IMG/VR virus record: IMGVR_UViG_3300023105_001451
Span: 59,504 to 123,503 of that record
Direction: 5' to 3' (one strand)
DNA length: 64,000 bases
Source: a virus
Lineage: Duplodnaviria; Caudoviricetes
Of this stretch, positions 37,311 through 46,755 are shown piece by piece. The translations under genes and the position numbers were made by a program. Numbering within the stretch: position 1 is the stretch's first letter; every line of letters begins with the position of its first letter. The notes under the pieces were generated by a model. That model made no database searches, was not told the origin of the DNA, and worked only from the letters and a program-made list of their open reading frames with translations.

Positions 37311-37854
37311 TCCTTAGAAATTTAAATGCTATTGTATGTCTATGTTTGTCATAAAACGAAGTTGCTGAATGCAAAACATCACCATTAAATATTACTAGCC
37401 TATTAGGAATAGGAGCAATAGAAATCATAATAGGCATATCTTCGCCTTGTGTTTTTATTATACTATCAAATTTATTTTCTGTAAAGAAAAATTTTGTTTC
37501 GCCACCATCATTTAACCCCCAATTTTGATTAGGATAGTATAAGACTGTATATGTTGTAAAGTCGTGATGAAAATATGTTCGTTCATTTGGAGCATATAAA
37601 TTAACATATGAACGATCAAGGTAACAATCTTTTAAATTATCAAAATGTTGTAGTTTAGAGTACAATGATTTAAATGTAACACTGTCGATTGGTAATTCGC
37701 TTACAAGACCACTCGGCGGAGTATTTGACTCGTCTGTTTCGCCTAACAAAAATTGCAGTGAAGACAGCTCTTTTTCGATTTGATGGAACTCACTTACAGA
37801 AAGGAACTGATCGTATGTTTGGATAAATCCATTAGCATAATCAGTAACAGTCAT
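37297..37854 (-). CDS. 2OG-Fe(II) oxygenase
   Basis: FHHD, VLYYPN..W...GGET, NRLVIFNG..H, RHTIAFK; paralogue of 34575-35141. Confidence 0.85.
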   Translation of the reverse strand: MTVTDYANGFIQTYDQFLSVSEFHQIEKELSSLQFLLGETDESNTPPSGLVSELPIDSVTFKSLYSKLQHFDNLKDCYLDRSYVNLYAPNERTYFHHDFTTYTVLYYPNQNWGLNDGGETKFFFTENKFDSIIKTQGEDMPIMISIAPIPNRLVIFNGDVLHSATSFYDKHRHTIAFKFLRNEDD

Positions 37855-38351
37855 TCTCCTTTTGCACCTCGTGCTAAATATTCTTCGTTGTGTATCCAAC
37901 GGTATCCTTCACGCTGTACAAAACGCATAAAGCCCCACTCTTTTTGTTTACGTCCCATAAAGAACAAACTCCAGCACGGAATCTCATTACCGTCTGCATC
38001 TTTAGCAAGTTCTAACCAATGCAAATCATCTGCTGAACGCATACGGAAGTGTCCTGGTCCACGCCATACTCGTGTAGCACCGCATACATTTCCTTCTTGT
38101 GAAATAACTGGGATATGTTCCCAGTACCCGCCTTTTAAAATAAATGTAGCATATCCCCAAGGATGATCGTGCAGTGTAGGTTCATCGCTTACAAGAACTT
38201 TGTGTAGTGTAATGTTAAAAGGAAAGCGTTTACGTTCTTTTAAAAATACATAATAACGGATAAGGTAAGGTACCTTTCCGTCTCTATCTGTAATTACTCG
38301 ACGTCTGCCGAGCTTGTCCATTAATTTAGAAAGGAATTTCGTCATCGTCAT
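37851..38351 (-). CDS. Cupin-like phage protein
   Basis: LH....D..LHDHPW, GGYWE, distal H. Confidence 0.55.
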   Translation of the reverse strand: MTMTKFLSKLMDKLGRRRVITDRDGKVPYLIRYYVFLKERKRFPFNITLHKVLVSDEPTLHDHPWGYATFILKGGYWEHIPVISQEGNVCGATRVWRGPGHFRMRSADDLHWLELAKDADGNEIPCWSLFFMGRKQKEWGFMRFVQREGYRWIHNEEYLARGAKGE

Positions 38352-38694
38352 TTCTGCCTTTCCAGTCTTGATGTACCATTGCATATATTGTTTTAAATTT
38401 TTCGTATGCTTGTGCTAGTGCAGGATAGTCATTGCACATATCTTCTACTTTAGAAACACTCGGCATATGATCTTCAAACTCAACCGGTTCATTTAATGTA
38501 ATACTGTATGGTTCAACATCATCCCATTTGAACTCGCTACCTATTGTAGTGGTTGTAATTGAACTTATATCAATAGTGTCTGTCATATAGTCATTCATAT
38601 TAATAGTAACATTATCACCAGTATTATTTACAAAATCGTCCAACTTTAAATCACTTATATCGATAGTAAAACTATCATCCTTTGATTGCGTCAT
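38326..38694 (-). CDS. Hypothetical protein ending in DDDEIPF
   Basis: Operon-packed ORF. Confidence 0.6.
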   Translation of the reverse strand: MTQSKDDSFTIDISDLKLDDFVNNTGDNVTINMNDYMTDTIDISSITTTTIGSEFKWDDVEPYSITLNEPVEFEDHMPSVSKVEDMCNDYPALAQAYEKFKTIYAMVHQDWKGRNDDDEIPF

Positions 38695-39730
38695 ACAATG
38701 CTGCTCCGCTAAAAAATTCTTTGTTTAACTTTGTACGTTGTTTATCTAAACTTACAAGATAGTCTTCATAGTTTTCTACATAATCTCGAATCTTGTCAAC
38801 TATCAAACCTCTATACTTTCTATAAGCAAAGTAATCTTCAGTCCATGCACTTGGATATTTAAATTCAGGCAGCGCCATTTCACTGTAGCTCAATCGATCT
38901 GGAACCATAGGAATAGCATTTACAAGTGCGCCTTCGTACCAACTAATACCAAGTGTTTCTTGTAGATTAGCACTAAACACTAGTTTAGCTTCTCCTAACA
39001 AATTATGGTATTCGTTTTTAGTAAGAGTTCGCTCTTGACATACAACAAATTCATAATCTGGTAGTTGTTCTGCTAAGTCACGAAATATATCTACTTGTTT
39101 TTCTGGAGCAACACGATGAGGGAAAAGAATAAGATTACGCTTTTCCATACCTTTGTAACTGTCTAAACTATTCTTTAGATACTCCATAGGCCAACCTACA
39201 CGATGTATTCTATTCCAGTCAACTGCATAGTCTTCGTCAAATACATCTGTAAACATATCAATGTGAAAGTCACTTGCAAAGAAGTTGTCATCATAACATT
39301 CAAACATTGACATCTCTGCATGACGTACCCAAGGTTTGTCCCCAATTAGTCTACCAAGGAAATCATGAGGATCATAAGAACCAGCATGCCAAAGGCCACC
39401 GACTCTAATATCCACGGATAAAAGACTAGCCATGTAACGAAGTTGTATAACCGTCGGATTCCACGCATCAGTATATAAGAAATAGTCTCCATCTTTAATT
39501 TCTCCTTTGCAAAACATTTCACCGATAGTTTCTAATTGCTTACTTTTGTAAACATTCGTACCGCCAAAGTTAAGGAAAGCCCCAGGCGTTGTAGCCTGAG
39601 GCGTTTCCCCACCGCTAATAACTTTTACTTGTTCATTTGTAGCACGTTGAAGCTGTCGTGGTAAATACTCTTTCCACTGTTTAGTGTAGCGTGTATCTAC
39701 TGCTTCAATGTCTACAATGTAAATAGTCAT
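38675..39730 (-). CDS. Glycosyltransferase (GT-B, GT4-like)
   Basis: ILFPHR..PEK, QETLGISWYEG (ExxGxxxxE), PDRLSY.E. Confidence 0.75.
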   Translation of the reverse strand: MTIYIVDIEAVDTRYTKQWKEYLPRQLQRATNEQVKVISGGETPQATTPGAFLNFGGTNVYKSKQLETIGEMFCKGEIKDGDYFLYTDAWNPTVIQLRYMASLLSVDIRVGGLWHAGSYDPHDFLGRLIGDKPWVRHAEMSMFECYDDNFFASDFHIDMFTDVFDEDYAVDWNRIHRVGWPMEYLKNSLDSYKGMEKRNLILFPHRVAPEKQVDIFRDLAEQLPDYEFVVCQERTLTKNEYHNLLGEAKLVFSANLQETLGISWYEGALVNAIPMVPDRLSYSEMALPEFKYPSAWTEDYFAYRKYRGLIVDKIRDYVENYEDYLVSLDKQRTKLNKEFFSGAALYDAIKG

Positions 39731-39936
39731 TAGTTCCTCCGTTTATTAATATTACGTCCTGCATTACGAGATTTTGCACGAAGCCAATTTTGATGTTTTT
39801 TATATGCTTCCCAAACATTCGAACCATCTTTATATAGATCAGCCTCGTTAAAGACTTTACCTTCAAAGCGACAATAGTCGCGGAACTTGTCCAAATCGTC
39901 AAAAATTTTGTTGACTGGTGGAAAATTGTTAGCCAT
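39730..39936 (-). CDS. Hypothetical protein
   Basis: GAGG RBS; TAATG overlap with the glycosyltransferase. Confidence 0.65.
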   Translation of the reverse strand: MANNFPPVNKIFDDLDKFRDYCRFEGKVFNEADLYKDGSNVWEAYKKHQNWLRAKSRNAGRNINKRRN

Positions 39937-39952
39937 TTAAATAATCCTCTTA

Positions 39953-40405
39953 TCATGACCTAGGGTAAAAAATAGAACAACCGTTTTCGTTGTCCTCAGC
40001 GACACTAATTTCTACAAATCGGTTTGGATACTTTGTAGAAATTTGTTGATACAAGTCATCTGCAATCATTTCACATGACTTGTGGTTTAACTCTAGTACG
40101 CCTTCGACGTCATAGAGTCGTTGCATCCAGCGTTTAAACTGAATGAATTCAATATCGCGATCGTTATGAAATACTTCAATACGAACACGAAAGTGAAAGA
40201 TATGACGATGTGGAATACCTAAAAAACTTACGTCATCCCAATCGCCGGTTGCTAGTGCAGGATCTTTGTCAGCACCTGGATACATATGTACACCTTCTTT
40301 TTGAAAGGTTACCCAAATACTTCGTTCTGCGGTTTTCATACGATCATTCATATCTTCTTCTTTCATTCTACGACCCATATAATTCCAGTAAGATTCTCGT
40401 TGCAT
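39953..40405 (-). CDS. QueD/PTPS paralogue of the DpdL type (putative CDG decarboxylase)
   Basis: T-fold-like; LGIPHRHIF (LxxxHRHxF) replaces the QueD CxxxHGH motif; SCEMIA..V.ED.ENG. Confidence 0.65.
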   Translation of the reverse strand: MQRESYWNYMGRRMKEEDMNDRMKTAERSIWVTFQKEGVHMYPGADKDPALATGDWDDVSFLGIPHRHIFHFRVRIEVFHNDRDIEFIQFKRWMQRLYDVEGVLELNHKSCEMIADDLYQQISTKYPNRFVEISVAEDNENGCSIFYPRS

Positions 40406-40411
40406 TGTTAT

Positions 40412-40440
40412 ATAATACTTTCATTTCATTCATTTGTCAA
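40412..40440 (-). promoter_or_regulatory. Sigma70-type promoter TTGACA-N17-TATTAT, ATG 6 nt downstream
   Basis: Direct motif match; implies a leaderless mRNA if 40405 is the start. Confidence 0.75.
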
Positions 40441-40443
40441 GTG

Positions 40444-41166
40444 TTAAAACTGAAATTTCCTAAAATATTGGCGCACTAGATCTGCTTCCATTGGTTTTTG
40501 TTCAAGTTGCCAGTGTTTAATAATAGGATGCATAGGTTTCTTTTCAACCCATGCTGCTTCTCCTGCCATGCCGAAGTCTTGATATTCATCTGATTCTTGC
40601 CATAATCCTATACAAGCTCTCGGAGCAAGCATTCCATACTGAAAGTGTATAGGACTCATTGCAAAATCTAGAATATATTTACCAGATACAACAATAACAT
40701 GAGTATCGATAGTATTATCATCCATGGATCTACCGTTACCAAACCCATTAGTAGCACCAGTACTAGTAAATTGTCCTTTTTCTTCGTTTTGCCAATATGA
40801 TGTCACTTGCACTAATCGTGATTTAATATTATGATGTGCAAGTACTTTACGTAGAACACTACTCATTAAAATACAATGTGTTCCCCATTGATCAATAAAT
40901 CCTAAATTTAAAAATCTAAAATAAACTTCTTGAAACTTAGCAATGTCTGCACGGTTTATTGATTTTTCAATACCTAAAGCAACATCTTCGGGCCAATTAA
41001 AATTAAAATTCCTAGTCCAAGGCTCTCTTCTAAGATGATCTGACGGATTATTTAAACTATCATAGCTATGAACTCTTTTTTTAGGCTTAATAATAATTTC
41101 TGAATCTTGTGGAAGTTCAAATGCTTGGTTAGTTAAGTGAACTGGAAGTTCTGGGTTTTTCTTCAT
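40444..41166 (-). CDS. Hypothetical protein (possible papain/transglutaminase-like C-H-D triad)
   Basis: HCILMS...THVIV...ILD. Confidence 0.4.
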   Translation of the reverse strand: MKKNPELPVHLTNQAFELPQDSEIIIKPKKRVHSYDSLNNPSDHLRREPWTRNFNFNWPEDVALGIEKSINRADIAKFQEVYFRFLNLGFIDQWGTHCILMSSVLRKVLAHHNIKSRLVQVTSYWQNEEKGQFTSTGATNGFGNGRSMDDNTIDTHVIVVSGKYILDFAMSPIHFQYGMLAPRACIGLWQESDEYQDFGMAGEAAWVEKKPMHPIIKHWQLEQKPMEADLVRQYFRKFQF

Positions 41167-41699
41167 TTGATAACCTTATCTTTTCCGTAAGAGTACCAAT
41201 CTGTAAATTTTTCTCTATCTAACAGATCGTGCAAACTATGGCACCAAACGCCTGGGTTTGTTGCTTTAAAATCTTTATCGTCAATTTTAACCATTGCGTT
41301 GTAGTTCCACAGTTTCGTGTAAGGCAATGGAACACGGATTTGTGGAATAAAGTTATCATACTCGCAAAGTCCGCCATCGTGAAAACTACCGTTTGCGGCA
41401 CTTAGTGGAATATCAAGCGTACACAGGTAACCTTCTTTAAGAAATGTTTCTATCATATCATCCCATTTCTTATAATAATTATATAAGTTTTCACCTGAAC
41501 CTTCAGGATCAAAACTATGATTGGCGCCAAAGAAAATATGCTTACAGTTGTTTTCGTTATAGTAATGCAAGATTGTTTCCCAGTCATGCACACCTACAAC
41601 AAACAATGTTTGTAAACCGTAAGCAGGAGTTTTTTCAACTTCTATTCCTGTAAATATAGTAGGAGTATCACTTACTCCTGTTTCGTAGTCTCTTTTCAT
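41163..41699 (-). CDS. Hypothetical phage protein
   Basis: Start MKRDYE at 41699 via ATGA overlap. Confidence 0.65.
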   Translation of the reverse strand: MKRDYETGVSDTPTIFTGIEVEKTPAYGLQTLFVVGVHDWETILHYYNENNCKHIFFGANHSFDPEGSGENLYNYYKKWDDMIETFLKEGYLCTLDIPLSAANGSFHDGGLCEYDNFIPQIRVPLPYTKLWNYNAMVKIDDKDFKATNPGVWCHSLHDLLDREKFTDWYSYGKDKVIK

Positions 41700-41869
41700 T
41701 TTAAACTCGGTTGATTCTCTAATAGCCAAACACATTCACCAATATCTTCTGGATTTGTATATCCTTTGTCTACAGTGCATCTTTCATATGGATGTATTTG
41801 ATAAGCAAACTCAAAACCTAACCCAAACGCACCTGTCATTAGTACAAGTATAAGTAAAAACAGTTTCAT
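41696..41869 (-). CDS. 57-aa exported or membrane protein (not in ORF track)
   Basis: MKLFLLILVLMTGAFGLGFEF...C...C; ATGA overlaps at both ends. Confidence 0.65.
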   Translation of the reverse strand: MKLFLLILVLMTGAFGLGFEFAYQIHPYERCTVDKGYTNPEDIGECVWLLENQPSLK

Positions 41870-42057
41870 CCTTGCTTTGCCTTATGCTGTGCAATACTTG
41901 CTGCTTTAGCAAGTTCTGAGAAACGATCTGCTGTTTGACGAATCTCACTTGCATCAATATTAGATGTACCATATGACTCTACTGTACGTGCCATGTTATG
42001 TAGCAATATAACCATATCGCCGTCTGTTAGTGCTTTTCTTCCTTCAGGTAGTGGCAT
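41866..42057 (-). CDS. Hypothetical protein
   Basis: Overlapping start and stop with neighbours. Confidence 0.6.
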   Translation of the reverse strand: MPLPEGRKALTDGDMVILLHNMARTVESYGTSNIDASEIRQTADRFSELAKAASIAQHKAKQG

Positions 42058-42266
42058 TACTCTAAACCTTTCTGTATCAAATATGCATTAATTCTATGCA
42101 TTTCGTCTTTCAAATAAAGTTTCATAGTTTTCATTCTGCGAACTTCTTCGGTAACTGTCATATTATTATACTTGGTTTCAAGCTCTTCGTCAAGCTCTCG
42201 ATGTTTCCGTTTTAGCTCGTCGTAGTGCGCTCGAAGTTTATCTTCGACTGAATCATAATTGCTCAT
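42057..42266 (-). CDS. DUF465/YdcH-like coiled-coil protein
   Basis: LKRKHRELDEE...MKTMKLYLKDEM. Confidence 0.65.
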   Translation of the reverse strand: MSNYDSVEDKLRAHYDELKRKHRELDEELETKYNNMTVTEEVRRMKTMKLYLKDEMHRINAYLIQKGLE

Positions 42267-43947
42267 CCTCGAGTTCCTCCAATCTATGTTCTTGTTCTTC
42301 TGTAAACTCACCATCGTCTAATTCTTCCTCAAGTGTTTCTTCCACTTCAAACAAGTTATTGAAAAATGTACTTGCATTCACAGTCTTTTTACCAACTGCT
42401 CCTCTAGTACCTGGAATAGCCATCCAAAACTTAGAATATTCATCTACTTTTTGTAGGGCTTCGTCTCTGTCTGTAATTGCGAATATTTCTTCCACAACAT
42501 CTCTAAATAGTATCCTGTCAAAACGCTCTTGAACAAGCATTGCCGGAATGACTCCATTGTCGTATTGTCTGTTTGCTTCTTGTACTGCATTAATGTGACT
42601 CCATACGTTATGACCCATTTGGATCGCATACGAAAAACTATCCCACGATGTTTTTCCTTCTTTGCCGATTTTATTTAAGTCTCCTGGAGCATAAGTGCAA
42701 ACATCTGATACTTTAAGTTCGGCAGTGATTGGGCTGTCTTCAAAGTTTTTAAATATCCCATCTGATATAACAGCATCTCTAAAGAGACGGTTGTCTGTAG
42801 CATATTTCTTATCGTCAACACTCGGCACCATTCGATATGTCCATTTCGACCTGTCCGCAGTTTCATTTTGTATGTAAATCTGTCCGTTTGCGGTTGCAAG
42901 GAAAGGACTAGCACAGTCAAAAGTGATAGTGAAGTTTTCATTGTAATTTTTCCGTACTGCTCTTTGAACGTCTGTAAGCAAACAAGCCCACTCTAATTTT
43001 GATGTACCTAAGAAGTGCATAACATCGTGTACGCCCTTTTCTAGTAGTCCGTCAAAATGTAGTGTAACAAGGCGTCTAAGCACCAAGTGAACATCACACA
43101 TGTTCTGTCCGCCCATAGCCCAGCCGTTAAAGTGATTGTCTGGATACTGTTTTGGATCACAAAAGTCTTTCATTTGTTCGTACCAATCATCAGCCTCGTC
43201 GTGTGTTTCGCCTTGCAATACGTTTAAGAACTTACAAGCGCCTGTACGATGCTTCATCCAGTATTCGTTATTATATTTAGATGCATTAACTGCATCTTGG
43301 TATGTGCTAATACCTGTTTTTTCACGTCCGGCAGGTGAACGACAAACCCAAGCAGGAATATCAAGGATCATGCCGTAATCCATATAAGCATCCATCCAAC
43401 GGAGAACAGCATCACGCTTTTGTTGCGCTGCATCTAGTCGTGCTTGATACTGCTTTGCATGATCAATTTTAGTTGTTTTAGGATTACCGTTTTTATCTAG
43501 TTTAGGATTACCAGATTCGTCTAGTTGTGTTACTAGTTCTATGCCTTTTGCTTTTGCTTTCGCCATACGAGCAGCAACTTCTGGACCATTCGGGTCACGC
43601 CATTCACCTTCCCAAACACCTTTACCAATTTGGAAACCACCTGAGTCTCCAAGTATCCAACTGTTTTCGCGATCTCTATTACGTACCATATCTTCTTTAG
43701 GCACTTCTTTAGTAGTATCTAAGTCTGCGTGTCCTGCTGAATACAGTGTCCATTGATATTGAAATGCACCTTCTTTGGTGTTAAGATAGTTAAGGCTTTC
43801 AACGCCATTAGCAAAGTTACTTGGGATACGTGACTTGTCTACATACTCGTCAAAACGCTGTTTACCTACATAAGTTGCATAAAAGCCACTTAGTGCAGGT
43901 AGGAATCTAGCGTAATCTTTTTGTTCAGCAGTTAAGTCTTTACGCAT
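42253..43947 (-). CDS. TGT-family guanine transglycosylase (DpdA/TGT-like)
   Basis: GDSGGFQ, LDIP, VLQG, GWAMGG, HFLG, TFDCASP. Confidence 0.8.
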   Translation of the reverse strand: MRKDLTAEQKDYARFLPALSGFYATYVGKQRFDEYVDKSRIPSNFANGVESLNYLNTKEGAFQYQWTLYSAGHADLDTTKEVPKEDMVRNRDRENSWILGDSGGFQIGKGVWEGEWRDPNGPEVAARMAKAKAKGIELVTQLDESGNPKLDKNGNPKTTKIDHAKQYQARLDAAQQKRDAVLRWMDAYMDYGMILDIPAWVCRSPAGREKTGISTYQDAVNASKYNNEYWMKHRTGACKFLNVLQGETHDEADDWYEQMKDFCDPKQYPDNHFNGWAMGGQNMCDVHLVLRRLVTLHFDGLLEKGVHDVMHFLGTSKLEWACLLTDVQRAVRKNYNENFTITFDCASPFLATANGQIYIQNETADRSKWTYRMVPSVDDKKYATDNRLFRDAVISDGIFKNFEDSPITAELKVSDVCTYAPGDLNKIGKEGKTSWDSFSYAIQMGHNVWSHINAVQEANRQYDNGVIPAMLVQERFDRILFRDVVEEIFAITDRDEALQKVDEYSKFWMAIPGTRGAVGKKTVNASTFFNNLFEVEETLEEELDDGEFTEEQEHRLEELEDEQL

Positions 43948-43950
43948 ATG

Positions 43951-44679
43951 TTACTTGCTCTGTGCTGGTAGAATATAATCGTATGTTGCCATACCTGAGT
44001 TAACACTAATTTTCATAGCACCTTGATCTGAAATGCTCATAGTCAAATCGCCATCTAAACTCAAAATACTTTGTACTTGTGCTACTGGCCAACTCCAAGT
44101 ATGCTGTAGCGCACCTTCAACACCGTGTTGGAATACAAACTCGCCTGCGTGTGTGCTTGCATCACCAAAGCTAAACACTAGGTTGCCGTCTTTAGTTGTA
44201 ACATTAAATGTTGGCTCTTCTGAGTGTGCCGCTGCCATTAACTTCATACGTGCAATACTTGCAACACTAGGAGCAAACTCTACATTCCAGCTTGCACCTT
44301 TAAACTTAACAGTCTTTAGTTTCTCTTCGATAATTGCCTTATTCATAAAGCGATAATCATTTTGGAAGTCACCACTTGCATTTTCAAAATGAATATGTGT
44401 TGGAACTGTTTCACCATTGCGCTCTGCTTGTACAACATCAATTTTTGCATTGTCTTTGTACTCTGGATTTTTCAAATGCAATGCAAGTTTATCTAAGTTA
44501 GGCATACCAAAAGTGCCTACAAACTCTGCTACTGGATTTGCTGTTTCTGCTGACATAATAACAGAACGATCTTCTGCCATTGAGTCGATTTGTGTGCTTT
44601 CATCATTAGTAACCTTTACTAATGATAAGAAGCCTAGTGCGTGAGTATGTGCTACTACGTCTTGTAAGATATCTTTCAT
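43951..44679 (-). CDS. Probable sliding clamp (gp45-like)
   Basis: 242 aa, two-domain clamp-like size, C-terminal YDYILPA, replication context. Confidence 0.5.
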   Translation of the reverse strand: MKDILQDVVAHTHALGFLSLVKVTNDESTQIDSMAEDRSVIMSAETANPVAEFVGTFGMPNLDKLALHLKNPEYKDNAKIDVVQAERNGETVPTHIHFENASGDFQNDYRFMNKAIIEEKLKTVKFKGASWNVEFAPSVASIARMKLMAAAHSEEPTFNVTTKDGNLVFSFGDASTHAGEFVFQHGVEGALQHTWSWPVAQVQSILSLDGDLTMSISDQGAMKISVNSGMATYDYILPAQSK

Positions 44680-45446
44680 GTTATAGTTTCTCCATCGAAT
44701 AAGTTTATTATATTGCCTAAGTTGTTGTTTGTCAAGAACTTTTCTACTGTGTATTTAGGTTTAAATCCTAGTGCCTTCATTTTTTCCATGTTAGCACAAG
44801 TCCATTCTCGTTCTCCTGGGGTATTTAGACGCACCGGTAAGTCTGGTGCTAGGTCTTGGATCCGTACTGGACGCCCCGTACCAATATCAACTACTCCGTT
44901 TACATGAGTATTTCTAATAAGAATGTCAATTGCATCTAGTAGATCAAATAAATGAATAAAGTCTCTGTAATGTTTAGTGGTGTATTCTAGTGTACCGTTG
45001 CGTAGTTTGTTAAAGAACATATTTTCTCTAGGACAACTATCACTATACACTGTATGAAAACGCATACCTAACATTGTACCTGCATTGTAACGTTCTGCAA
45101 GTTCTTCTAGTATGAACTTAGACGCCGCATAAGGGTTCAAATCGGGCTCGTATGCGCTCGAACTGCTTGCATATAGTATACGTGTACCTTCATAGCGTTC
45201 GAACAGTCTACGACTCGCTTCTACATTGTTCATCCAATATGAAGCAGGATCACTTAAACTTTCTCTTACACCACTTTTACCTGCTAAGTGTATAATTAAA
45301 TCAAAATCTTCTTTAAATTCACAAGTTAATAAATCTTGATCTAAACCGTCTTTAATATCTAGCCCTATTATTCGATTGTTTTTCTTTAACCGTTCTAGTA
45401 ATGCTGAACCAATAAAGCCTCTATGTCCTGTTAATAAAATATTCAT
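44676..45446 (-). CDS. NAD-dependent epimerase/dehydratase
   Basis: LTGHRGFIG, HLA, YASSS, PYAASK, RFHTVY, RDFIH. Confidence 0.9.
   Translation of the reverse strand: MNILLTGHRGFIGSALLERLKKNNRIIGLDIKDGLDQDLLTCEFKEDFDLIIHLAGKSGVRESLSDPASYWMNNVEASRRLFERYEGTRILYASSSSAYEPDLNPYAASKFILEELAERYNAGTMLGMRFHTVYSDSCPRENMFFNKLRNGTLEYTTKHYRDFIHLFDLLDAIDILIRNTHVNGVVDIGTGRPVRIQDLAPDLPVRLNTPGEREWTCANMEKMKALGFKPKYTVEKFLTNNNLGNIINLFDGETIT
44707..44735 (-). promoter_or_regulatory. Sigma70-type promoter TTGACA-N17-TATAAT
   Basis: Perfect consensus, upstream of the clamp-TGT genes. Confidence 0.85.
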
Positions 45447-46159
45447 GATGCTATTCCTTGCTCTTGAAACCATGTGAGGAATTCCCATGTGTTGCGCCAG
45501 TTTAATACGTGCCTATGATGATGAACTACTTTTGCCAATGGCAAATCATTGCCGCCTTCGTGCATTGCATCACCAAAGAACCAAAGTACATCTTCTGGGT
45601 CAAAGTCTTTTACAATTTGACTTTTATCAAATCCTTTAGGTGAAATATCAATACCAGTTTCACCACCTACTTTTGCTTCGAGTTCTGGAAATAGTAGGTT
45701 AAAGTTGTGAGCAATATAAACACGTTCGTCATGTTCTGTGTCCCACGTAACATATTTTGCACGTTCTATTTTATCTGCGTTACGTCCTACAATACTAAAG
45801 TTACACATGCCTGGACGATGTTCAAAGTGTAATCCTGTGCGAATACTAAACGCACTTGCAGTTAATTGTTCACTTAACCAATTGTGTGCATCTTCAGGAA
45901 GTATCCATTCATTACGTCTAATATTCTTTTTACTTTGCCAAACGTCATTGCCCGAACAGTTATATACTGTATGAGCTAAATTATAAGTATCTTCACCTAT
46001 CTGTTCTACTGTTTTAGGTTTATCGCTACCTGTAACTAAAAACACTTGATTACTACGACAAAACGTATTAAAGAACTCTTTAAACTTTGAATCGATAATA
46101 CCTCTACTAGGAGTAAGTGTTCCGTCTACATCAAAAATGAATTTAGCGTTAGGGGACAT
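45443..46159 (-). CDS. HAD-IIB phosphomannomutase-like protein
   Basis: FDVDGTLT, TGSD, NFS.VGR, GG..GIDI.PKG.DK, FFGD...GGND. Confidence 0.85.
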   Translation of the reverse strand: MSPNAKFIFDVDGTLTPSRGIIDSKFKEFFNTFCRSNQVFLVTGSDKPKTVEQIGEDTYNLAHTVYNCSGNDVWQSKKNIRRNEWILPEDAHNWLSEQLTASAFSIRTGLHFEHRPGMCNFSIVGRNADKIERAKYVTWDTEHDERVYIAHNFNLLFPELEAKVGGETGIDISPKGFDKSQIVKDFDPEDVLWFFGDAMHEGGNDLPLAKVVHHHRHVLNWRNTWEFLTWFQEQGIAS

Positions 46160-46163
46160 AGTA

Positions 46164-46343
46164 TTACCTCTCTACCAAAGGCTTACTGTTGTTTGTATCG
46201 TGATAGTCACCTGACTTGTAGTAATCACGGCTTGCTTCTTCTTTAACTAAGATTCCGTTTTTGTAACGATATGTTACAATCTCACGACGAACTACTCCGT
46301 CTGTATCTGCATCGAACGCTGCTTTAAATGGACCGTCAGTCAT
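46164..46343 (-). CDS. 59-aa hypothetical protein (not in ORF track)
   Basis: MTDGPFKAAFDADTDGVVRREIVTYR...; fills the gap in the operon. Confidence 0.6.
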   Translation of the reverse strand: MTDGPFKAAFDADTDGVVRREIVTYRYKNGILVKEEASRDYYKSGDYHDTNNSKPLVER

Positions 46344-46755
46344 TGTTTTCCCTTTCTGTTACTCGCTTACGCAAGTCTGATGATGAGAAGCGGTGATCTC
46401 TTTTGTTGAAGTGTAGCTGGATACCCCGCTTCTTGCAAATATCCTTGCCCGTAAAATCCTTTTCACGATACTCTTCTCCTAGTACTCTAACATCTATGTG
46501 ATACATTGTCAAGATGTCTTCTAGGTCTTGTTCAGTGCCGTAAGGGATAATTTCGTCTACATATCCTACTGCTTTAAGTTGTGTATAACGTTCTACAATA
46601 GTTTGTATAGGAGAGTTTTTCTCCGGTCTATCTGCACTTGGATCTATTTGCAACCCACATATAAGATAGTCACAGTTTTCTTTTGCTTCACGCAACATTT
46701 GTACGTGTCCTGCGTGTAACAAATCAAAAGTACTACAAGTAAAGCCTACTTTCAC
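46336..46755 (-). CDS. Cytidylyltransferase (TagD-like)
   Basis: FDLLHAGH, ER, VD, G, FSSS. Confidence 0.9.
   Translation of the reverse strand: MKVGFTCSTFDLLHAGHVQMLREAKENCDYLICGLQIDPSADRPEKNSPIQTIVERYTQLKAVGYVDEIIPYGTEQDLEDILTMYHIDVRVLGEEYREKDFTGKDICKKRGIQLHFNKRDHRFSSSDLRKRVTERENND

Noticed and set aside
39953-40405. Canonical queD
   Set aside because: Lacks CxxxHGH and has LxxxHRHxF instead.
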